Of a stretch of 14,203 nucleotides of DNA, positions 7,174 to 14,203 are shown in pieces. The translations under genes and the position numbers were made by a program. Each line of letters opens with the position of its first letter. Position 1 is the first letter of the stretch. The notes below the pieces were generated by a model. It saw only the letters and a list, made by a program, of their open reading frames with translations. It searched no databases and was not told where the DNA came from. This DNA is from Fidelibacterota bacterium (GTDB lineage: Bacteria; Fidelibacterota; Marinisomatia; Marinisomatales; JABMOV01). The DNA lies in the NCBI GenBank assembly GCA_046861395.1, contig JBHHUC010000058.1, positions 1 through 14,203 of the forward strand. Reading direction: 5' to 3'.

Positions 7174-7191
7174 TGACTCATTCCTGAGTCA
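7174..7191 (+). promoter_or_regulatory. Perfect 7-4-7 inverted repeat in the gap leader (operator or 5' hairpin)
   Basis: TGACTCA-TTCC-TGAGTCA lies just downstream of a -10-like TAACTT (7155-7160). Confidence 0.4.
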
Positions 7192-7227
7192 ATAAGCGCG
7201 ATGAAAGTTTTTGGAATTGGAGGATTG

Positions 7228-8247
7228 ATGAAAAAACCCTTGAAAATTGGATTAGTCGGATTTGGCCGAATCGGAAGAAATTTATTCCGGCTAGGCTATA
7301 AAAATCCGAGTTTATCATTCCAGGTGATCAGTGATTTTGGTCAGCCTGATGTATTACGGTATCTCCTGCTGCGTGATTCCGTTCACGGATTGATTGCGGA
7401 TGAAGTGGGCGTGGATGGTAATTACCTGGTGGTAAATAATCATCGGATCCGGGTTTTGCAGGGCGGTGAGCCGGGGTCCATTCCCTGGGATGCCTTTGAT
7501 GTGGACCTGGTGATCGAGGCCACGGGGAAATACCGGGGAGCGGCGGATTTACAGAAATATCTGGAAGCCGGGGCCAAGCGGGTTTTCGTAACGGTTCCCC
7601 CCGAAAATGCCATTGACCGGATTGTCATCCATGGTATCAATGAAGATACAATCCAGGCCGATGATAAAATTATTTCCACTTCGTCGTCTACCACCCATGT
7701 TCTGGCGCTGATGCTGAAAATCCTGGATGAATCGTTTGGGGTCCAGCGGGCCATGATGACGACGGTACACGCCTACACGTCGGACCAGCCGCTGGCTGAT
7801 GCCGTTCGTTCCGATCTCCGACGCAGCCGTTCAGCAGTGGAGAATATCATTCCCAATTCGACCTGGTCGCCGAAACTGGTGGAAGATTTAATGCCTCAGT
7901 TCCGTGGCAAACTGGAAGGCATTGCCTTCAACGTACCGGTCCCGGATGGCTCTTGTGTCGATTTGACTACCGAATTGAAAAAGGTCCCCACGGCGGAAGA
8001 AGTGAATGCGGTCGTTAAGGAATATGCCGAAGGATCATTGCAGGGAATTGTGGGCTATACCGACGACCCGATTGTTTCCAGTGACGTTATCGGCACCAGT
8101 GAAACAATGATATTTGACAGTCGTGCCACGATGGTGGCCAATGACAGTCTCCTGAAAACAATTTGCTGGTACGATAATGGCTGGGGGTATTCCAAACGAA
8201 TCCTGGAATTGCTGGAATCGTATGCCAATCTGGAGGTGGAAGCATGA
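7228..8247 (+). CDS. Type I GAPDH-like protein lacking the catalytic cysteine
   Basis: GFGRIGR, IEATGKY, TTVHAYTSDQ, RRSRSA.ENIIP, VPVPDGS.VDL and WYDNGWGYS are present. The active-site motif is STSSSTTHVLA instead of SNASCTTNCLA. Start is ATG 7228 (GGAGG at 7219-7223) or ATG 7201. Confidence 0.9.
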   Translation: MKKPLKIGLVGFGRIGRNLFRLGYKNPSLSFQVISDFGQPDVLRYLLLRDSVHGLIADEVGVDGNYLVVNNHRIRVLQGGEPGSIPWDAFDVDLVIEATGKYRGAADLQKYLEAGAKRVFVTVPPENAIDRIVIHGINEDTIQADDKIISTSSSTTHVLALMLKILDESFGVQRAMMTTVHAYTSDQPLADAVRSDLRRSRSAVENIIPNSTWSPKLVEDLMPQFRGKLEGIAFNVPVPDGSCVDLTTELKKVPTAEEVNAVVKEYAEGSLQGIVGYTDDPIVSSDVIGTSETMIFDSRATMVANDSLLKTICWYDNGWGYSKRILELLESYANLEVEA

Positions 8248-9245
8248 AAATTGCCATAAATGGTTTTGGACGAATCGGTCGTTCCGTTTTTCGTATCCTG
8301 AATACACGCGACGGGGTTGAGGTTGTGGCGATAAATGATTTAACCACACCTGACGCCCTGACCTATCTTTTGAAATATGACACCGTCATGGGCCGGTTTC
8401 CCGATACGGTGACGCTGGACGGCGACCGCCTGAAAACGTCCCGCAATACGGTGAAAATGCTGGCCGAACGTGATCCGGCGGCCTTGCCCTGGAAGGAAAT
8501 GGGAATCGACGTTGTGATAGAATCGACCGGTGTCTTTCGCAAACGGGCACAGATTCAGAATCATCTCGATGCCGGTGCCAGACGGGTCATCCTTACCGTC
8601 CCCGCTAAGGATGAAATAGATTATACGGTTGTCATTGGCGTCAATGATGACGGCTTAAAACCGGAGCATCGCATTGTGAGTAACGCCAGTTGTACGACGA
8701 ATTGTCTGGCTCCCATGGCCAAGGTTCTGAATGATAATTTCGGAATCGACCACGGTGTGATCAATACGATTCATGCCTATACCAACGACCAGCGTCTGGC
8801 GGATGTCCCTCACAGTGACTGGCGCCGATCCCGGGCGGCAGCGGAAAATGTTATTCCCACTACAACCGGAGCGGCGCGGGCCGTAGGGAAGGTTCTGCCC
8901 GAATTAAACGGAAAACTGGACGGCATTGCCATGCGTGTACCGGTTCCTGACGGTTCCGTCGTGGATTTTATAGCCCAGCTATCCCGTGACGTGACAATTG
9001 ATGAAATCAATGAAGCGGTTCTGGCGGCATCACGGACCGAACGCCTGTCCCGGATTCTGGAGTATTCCACCCTGCCGGTGGTATCATCGGATATTATCGG
9101 GAATTCCCATTCCTCCATTTTTGATGCCCCGTTCACCAAGGTTGTGGAAGGGAATCTGGTCAAAACGTTGAACTGGTATGATAATGAATGGGGTTACAGT
9201 AACCGGGTGGCGGATCTAATCGGTCTATTGGAGAAACTGGACTAA
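8244..9245 (+). CDS. gap: Glyceraldehyde-3-phosphate dehydrogenase, type I
   Basis: INGFGRIGR, an intact SNASCTTNCLAP, TIHAYTNDQ and WYDNEWGYSNR. The start overlaps the upstream stop (ATGA 8244-8247). Confidence 0.98.
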   Translation: MKIAINGFGRIGRSVFRILNTRDGVEVVAINDLTTPDALTYLLKYDTVMGRFPDTVTLDGDRLKTSRNTVKMLAERDPAALPWKEMGIDVVIESTGVFRKRAQIQNHLDAGARRVILTVPAKDEIDYTVVIGVNDDGLKPEHRIVSNASCTTNCLAPMAKVLNDNFGIDHGVINTIHAYTNDQRLADVPHSDWRRSRAAAENVIPTTTGAARAVGKVLPELNGKLDGIAMRVPVPDGSVVDFIAQLSRDVTIDEINEAVLAASRTERLSRILEYSTLPVVSSDIIGNSHSSIFDAPFTKVVEGNLVKTLNWYDNEWGYSNRVADLIGLLEKLD

Positions 9246-9257
9246 AATTTCAATCTG

Positions 9258-11207
9258 TCACGATTGCAGTTCCGGGATATGGCGGAACTGTTCCAGTGAT
9301 TCGGGATTTGCCAGGGCGTCACGGTTGCGGACATCCTGGCCGTGAATGATTTTTTTCACGGCGATTTCCACTTTTTTACCGTTTATCGTGTAAGGAATGT
9401 CAGAGACCGGTAATATGATCGCCGGTACATGACGAGGAGAACACTGGGACCTGATTTCGCTTTTCAGGCGGGAACGCAGCTCATCAGTCAGGGGTGCATC
9501 GTTTTTCATTTTTATGAACAGGATTACCCGTTCGTCTCCCTGCCATTGTTGTCCCACCACCAGACTATCGGTGATTTCCGGTCGGGCTTCCACGACGCGG
9601 TAAATTTCAGCCGTCCCGATCCGGACTCCCTGGGGATTGAGTGTGGCATCACTGCGACCGAATATTTTAACACCGCCATGGTCATTGATAGTGATGAAAT
9701 CGCCATGGTGCCAGACACCGGGAAAAATGGAAAAGTAGGCCGAATGATACTTTTTTCCGTCCGGATCATTCCAGAAATGAACGGGCATGGACGGAAACGC
9801 CTGGCGGCATACCAGTTCCCCTTTTTCATTGATGACGGGCCGGCCGGCATCATCAAAGGCCGCCACATCCATGCCTAGCCCCCGGCATTGCAATTCCCCT
9901 CGATACACGGGTAAGAGAGGATTTCCCAGGGCGAAACAGGAAATGATATCCGTTCCGCCGGAAATGGAAGCAAGCAGAATGTCCGGTTTGATTTCCCGAT
10001 ATACGTAGTCGAAACTTTCTTCCGTGAGGGGCGATCCGGTAGAAAGGATGGCTCGCAGGCGGGACAGGTCAAAGCGTTGGGGACGGATATCAAACTGTTC
10101 GCAACTGGCCAGGTATTTGGCACTGGTTCCGAATACAGTGATCCCGGTTTCTGCGGCCATTTCCCACAAACGATTCCCGTCCGGGTGGAAGGGAGATCCG
10201 TCATAGAGCACCACCGTGGACCCCACGGCAAGAGATGACACCACCCAGTTCCACATCATCCAGCCGCAGGTAGTAAAGTAAAAAATGACGTCATCCCGTT
10301 TCAGGTCCGTATGCAGTACCAGTTCTTTCAAATGCTGCAGCAGGGTTCCGCCGGCGCTGTGAACGATGGATTTGGGTAATCCGGTGGTGCCGGAACTGTA
10401 CATGATATAGAGCGGATGATCGAAAGGCAGCGGTTCAAACGTTAGTTCCGGTGCCTCCGGTTCGCCGAGAAAATTCTCCCAGAGCTCCAGGTTTGGGATT
10501 CCGGATTGGTGGGGATCGTGATCGGTATAGGGAATGACCACCACATGTTTCACACTGGGAAGTTCCGTAAGAATTCCTTCCAGCTTGGCCAGAGAATTGA
10601 AGGCTTTTCCGTTATAATAATAGCCGTTGGCGGCAAATAATATTTTAGGTTCAATCTGACTGAAACGATCCAGCACACCTTTGATTCCGAAATCAGGGGA
10701 TGAAGAACTCCAGATGGCGCCCAGGGAGGCGGCCGCCAGCATGGCAATCACGGCTTCCGGTCGGTTGGGCATGAAACCGGCCACCCGATCGCCCGACCGG
10801 ACCCCGGCTCGTTTCAGGGCGCGGGCACACCGGGAAACGTCCCGGTAAAGTTGGGCATAGGACAGTGTCAGGGAGACTTGATCTTCACCGCGAAAGATCA
10901 GAGCCGGATGATCATCCCGGTAGCGTAACAGGTTTTCGGCAAAATTGAGCCGGGCGCCGGTAAACCAGCGAGCTCCGGGCATTTTATGGATATCATCCAC
11001 GACCTGGTCATGGGGCTGGGAATATTGTACCTTAGTAAAATTCCATACTGATTCCCAAAAAGCAGCGGGCTGGGAAACAGACCAGTCATAGAGGTCCTGG
11101 TACGTGGGTACCTGAATTGAAAAAACCGTTTCCACATAATGTTGAAAGCGGGCCAGGTTGGATAGGGCGGCCTGTTCAGGATCGGGTTGCCAAAGTATTT
11201 CTGCCAT
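9258..11207 (-). CDS. aacS: Acetoacetate--CoA ligase (acetoacetyl-CoA synthetase)
   Basis: WFTGARLNFAENLL, SSPDFG..GVLDRF.QIEPK, YIMYSSGTTGLPKSIVH, FTTCGWMMWNW, SISGGTDI, GRSDATLNP.GVRIGTAEIY and GKKVE are characteristic of this ANL subfamily. The likely start is ATG 11207. Confidence 0.95.
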   Translation of the reverse strand: MAEILWQPDPEQAALSNLARFQHYVETVFSIQVPTYQDLYDWSVSQPAAFWESVWNFTKVQYSQPHDQVVDDIHKMPGARWFTGARLNFAENLLRYRDDHPALIFRGEDQVSLTLSYAQLYRDVSRCARALKRAGVRSGDRVAGFMPNRPEAVIAMLAAASLGAIWSSSSPDFGIKGVLDRFSQIEPKILFAANGYYYNGKAFNSLAKLEGILTELPSVKHVVVIPYTDHDPHQSGIPNLELWENFLGEPEAPELTFEPLPFDHPLYIMYSSGTTGLPKSIVHSAGGTLLQHLKELVLHTDLKRDDVIFYFTTCGWMMWNWVVSSLAVGSTVVLYDGSPFHPDGNRLWEMAAETGITVFGTSAKYLASCEQFDIRPQRFDLSRLRAILSTGSPLTEESFDYVYREIKPDILLASISGGTDIISCFALGNPLLPVYRGELQCRGLGMDVAAFDDAGRPVINEKGELVCRQAFPSMPVHFWNDPDGKKYHSAYFSIFPGVWHHGDFITINDHGGVKIFGRSDATLNPQGVRIGTAEIYRVVEARPEITDSLVVGQQWQGDERVILFIKMKNDAPLTDELRSRLKSEIRSQCSPRHVPAIILPVSDIPYTINGKKVEIAVKKIIHGQDVRNRDALANPESLEQFRHIPELQS

Positions 11208-11329
11208 TGATCTTTGTCCCTTACTATGATTCAAATGCGAATTCTACCATGAAATTTAGGAGAATCCATTAAGATGATGGTGATGAAATTTTGTAATTTG
11301 CCCGTTCATAAAGTAACGGTCAGGATGGG

Positions 11330-12532
11330 ATGAAAATAGCATTTCTTACGGCCGGTGGAATAGCCCCTTGTCTGTCGGCTGCCATTGGCGGATTAATTGA
11401 AAAATATAACAAAGTTGCCCCGGAGGCCGACCTGATCGGTTACCTGAACGGGTACCAGGGATTATTGCTCGGCGAATCCATCACCATCCCCGAACGGGTG
11501 AAACAATCGTATCAGATTCTGTATGAGTATGGTGGCAGTCCCATCGGTAACAGTCGTGTCAAACTGACCAATGTTCAGGATTGTGTCCGGCGCGGACTGG
11601 TTCCAAAAGGAGCCGATCCTTTGGCCGTGGCTGCCCGGCAACTGGCCCATGACGGCGTCGACGTTCTGCATACGATTGGTGGTGATGATACCAATACGGC
11701 AGCCGCTGATCTAGCCCGTTATTTACAGGATCACGATTATCAATTAACTGTTATCGGATTGCCGAAAACCGTCGATAATGATGTATATCCTATCCATCAA
11801 ACGCTGGGGGCCTGGACCGCCGCTGAACAGGGGGCCATCTTTTTTGAAAACGTAGCCAATGAAAATACGACCAGCCGGCGGCAATTGATTATTCATGAAA
11901 TCATGGGTCGGAACTGTGGCTGGCTGACGGCTTACACGGCCTGGGAATACCACCGCCGCCTGGCTCGCAGGAACTTTTTACCTGAAATCCTCATTGAACA
12001 AAGCCGCTGGGATATCGATGCCATTTTCCTGCCGGAACTTTCCCTGGATTTCGATCGGGAAGTGGAACGGCTGCGGGACTGCATGGATGAAAAGGATACC
12101 GTCAATATTTTTCTTAGTGAAGGGGCTGGCGTGGAAACCATTGTGGCAGATATGGAAGCGGCCGGAGAAACCGTCAGGCGGGATGCGTTCGGTCATATAC
12201 GGCTGGATGAAATCAATCCGGGCCAGTGGTTCGCCCGACAGCTCACTGATCGCCTGGGAGCCGAAAAAACACTGGTGCAGAAAAGCGGGTATTTTGCCCG
12301 GTCGGCAGCCCCCAATGCACAGGATCTGGACTTGATCAAAGCGTCCGCTGCCCTCGCCGCTGAATATGCCCTAAAGGAAAAAAGCGGTGTGATCGGCCTG
12401 GATGAGGATAATGAAAATACCCTGACCCTCATTGATTTTGCCCGTATCAAGGGACATAAACCATTTAATCCGAACCAGTCCTGGTTCACAGAATTGCTGG
12501 CCGAAATCGGCCAGCCCAATCATAATCATTGA
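11330..12532 (+). CDS. pfp: Pyrophosphate--fructose-6-phosphate 1-phosphotransferase (PPi-PFK)
   Basis: LTAGGIAPCLS, GGSPIGNSRVKLTN, IGGDDTNT (the GGDD Asp indicates PPi use), LPKTVDND, MGRNCGWL and QKSGYFARSA. 400 aa. Confidence 0.95.
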   Translation: MKIAFLTAGGIAPCLSAAIGGLIEKYNKVAPEADLIGYLNGYQGLLLGESITIPERVKQSYQILYEYGGSPIGNSRVKLTNVQDCVRRGLVPKGADPLAVAARQLAHDGVDVLHTIGGDDTNTAAADLARYLQDHDYQLTVIGLPKTVDNDVYPIHQTLGAWTAAEQGAIFFENVANENTTSRRQLIIHEIMGRNCGWLTAYTAWEYHRRLARRNFLPEILIEQSRWDIDAIFLPELSLDFDREVERLRDCMDEKDTVNIFLSEGAGVETIVADMEAAGETVRRDAFGHIRLDEINPGQWFARQLTDRLGAEKTLVQKSGYFARSAAPNAQDLDLIKASAALAAEYALKEKSGVIGLDEDNENTLTLIDFARIKGHKPFNPNQSWFTELLAEIGQPNHNH

Positions 12533-12550
12533 TGACACAAGGAGTAAACG

Positions 12551-13714
12551 ATGGCAAAACAACCGCCTGTTTTAAATAAAGAACGAAGATTTCCTGATAA
12601 TATGATGGCCGCTCACGCCCTGCTACTGAAAGCCAAACGGGGAGAAAAAGGGAATACGACCGGGAAGAGTTATGCCGTTCCAGCGTTCAATGTAACCACC
12701 TTCCAGGGAATTAACGCTGCCATGACGGCTTTTGATTTATTGGGTTCCTCCGGTCTGCTGGCGTTTTCCAATTCGGCTCTCAAACATTTCGGGGGTGGGG
12801 ATCAGGTCCACGGATTGGATGTGGCCACGACTTATATTGAAAAAATGGCAAAAAAATCGTCTGTCAAAATCGCTACGCATCTGGACCACGGTGATTACAT
12901 TTCCGATGGAGGCCGGAAAGTCGTTCAGGCCGCCGTGCAATATCTGACCTCCGTCATGGCCGACAACAGCACCGATCATGCCAATAAAACAGCCATGCCC
13001 CTGGCCGATAATATTGCCTTAACTCGGGAAGTAGTGGATATGGCTCATCCCCTGGGATTATCGGTGGAAGGCGAACTGGGCGTCCTGGCCGGGGAAGAAG
13101 ATGAAGATACGAAATCGGAATTTTCCACTTATACCAACCCGGATGAACTGGATCAGTTTCTGAAAGAAACAGGCGTATTGATGCTGGCTCCCACCATCGG
13201 TACCATGCACGGGCCAAATAAAGGGAAACCGGGTCATAAGGTAAAGTTGAACATTCCCCTGGCCCATGATCTCCTGAAAATCGCCAACGCCATCAATGAT
13301 GAAATCGTCTTTGTGGCCCACGGTGCATCCACGTTGTATGAAAATGTACGCAATTACGCCCTGGAACAACTGGAGACTTTGGGTGATCCTTCCGGTGCCA
13401 GCAATAAATGGCACGATTTTGTGGGTACGGACTGGGATCAGATTCAGGGACTGATTGGGGCCGGATTCTGTAAAATCAATACCGACACGGAAAACCGTCA
13501 GACCTTCCTGGCGGCCTTACTGGGAGCAATCAATACCAACAGTGCCAAAATCGATATTCGCTGGTACGACAATGTATGCACCGATGCCTTGACACAGAGT
13601 TATATCCAGAAACTGATCATGGCCGGAAATTACGGCGTCTGGCACGAACCCAAGATTGATGTGGCCAAATTCCGTTTTAATTTGCACCGATCGTTAAAAG
13701 ACATCATCAGTTGA
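12551..13714 (+). CDS. fba: Class II fructose-bisphosphate aldolase (divergent)
   Basis: YAVPAFNV, HLDHG, VEGELG, YTNP, IGTMHG, VAHGAS and KINTDT. AAGGAG RBS. Directly follows pfp. Confidence 0.9.
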   Translation: MAKQPPVLNKERRFPDNMMAAHALLLKAKRGEKGNTTGKSYAVPAFNVTTFQGINAAMTAFDLLGSSGLLAFSNSALKHFGGGDQVHGLDVATTYIEKMAKKSSVKIATHLDHGDYISDGGRKVVQAAVQYLTSVMADNSTDHANKTAMPLADNIALTREVVDMAHPLGLSVEGELGVLAGEEDEDTKSEFSTYTNPDELDQFLKETGVLMLAPTIGTMHGPNKGKPGHKVKLNIPLAHDLLKIANAINDEIVFVAHGASTLYENVRNYALEQLETLGDPSGASNKWHDFVGTDWDQIQGLIGAGFCKINTDTENRQTFLAALLGAINTNSAKIDIRWYDNVCTDALTQSYIQKLIMAGNYGVWHEPKIDVAKFRFNLHRSLKDIIS

Positions 13715-13715
13715 T

Positions 13716-14203
13716 TTGACTCAGAAAGCCATAATCAACCGGGTTCGGCCTGTTCCCGGGTTAGATGGCCTGGTGGGAAAAACCGCACTGATTACAGGTG
13801 CTTCCGCCGGCATCGGGAAAACATTTGCCGTAGATCTGGCAGCAGCCGGACTCAACTTGGTTCTCACCGCCCGCCGGGAAGACCGTCTGGCGGATCTGAA
13901 AGTAAAACTGGAAGCGAAATATGCCATTTCGGTTCACATCATTCCTCTGGATTTAAGCCAGCCTGAAGCCGTGGACACCTTGTTGCAGGAGGTGGGAGAT
14001 CAGGAAATTGATCTTCTCATCAATAATGCCGGAATCGGTATCTATGGCCCCTTCATTGATATCCCCTGGGAGCGTGAAAATACCATGTTAATGCTGGATA
14101 TTATCAATCTCGTCCGTTTGACAAAGGAACTGGCAATGAAAATGGTCAACCGAAATTCAGGCTATATTCTGAATGTTGCATCCATCGGAGCTTTTCAGGC
14201 GGC
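13716..14203 (+). CDS. Short-chain dehydrogenase/reductase (SDR), 3' end outside the window
   Basis: Not in the ORF track. The open frame from TTG 13716 (or GTG 13773) encodes KTALITGASAGIG, LVLTARREDRL, LDLSQPE, LINNAGIG and ILNVASIGAFQ. Confidence 0.92.
   Translation, partial: MTQKAIINRVRPVPGLDGLVGKTALITGASAGIGKTFAVDLAAAGLNLVLTARREDRLADLKVKLEAKYAISVHIIPLDLSQPEAVDTLLQEVGDQEIDLLINNAGIGIYGPFIDIPWERENTMLMLDIINLVRLTKELAMKMVNRNSGYILNVASIGAFQA

Noticed and set aside
7228..8247. First GAPDH homolog as a pseudogene or as erythrose-4-phosphate dehydrogenase (Epd)
   Set aside because: The frame is intact, full-length and coupled to gap. Epd also requires the catalytic Cys that is missing here.
13721..13927. 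68-aa minus-strand ORF, and the other short ORFs nested in the large genes
   Set aside because: They are antisense or off-frame shadows of well-supported CDSs. This one lies opposite the SDR.

Overview
This bacterial chromosomal window looks like an FCB-group diderm (inferred from gene content and promoter style). In order it contains: the 5' end of a MerR-family metal regulator with a dyad operator in its own promoter, a cold-shock protein, and an unusual ~745-aa protein with a cytoplasmic Lon/S16-like Ser-Lys protease domain (no AAA+ module), one TM helix and an extracytoplasmic FG-GAP-like propeller. These are followed by a TonB-dependent-type outer-membrane receptor with an ECF-like promoter, a DUF3078-like beta-barrel and a small membrane-anchored protein. 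The right half is a central-carbon cluster: two translationally coupled GAPDH genes, acetoacetate-CoA ligase, PPi-dependent PFK, class II aldolase and a partial SDR. Three features stand out. (1) A candidate ~65-nt sRNA at 7037-7102 (-) has its own promoter-like -10, a GC closing stem, a U-tract and an anti-SD loop, and is ~30-nt complementary to the 5'UTR, RBS and start codon of the adjacent gene. (2) The Lon-TM-propeller protein is a candidate one-component receptor protease. (3) One GAPDH paralog has Ser in place of the catalytic Cys and is coupled to a canonical gap. All assignments come from reading the sequence; no database searches were run.
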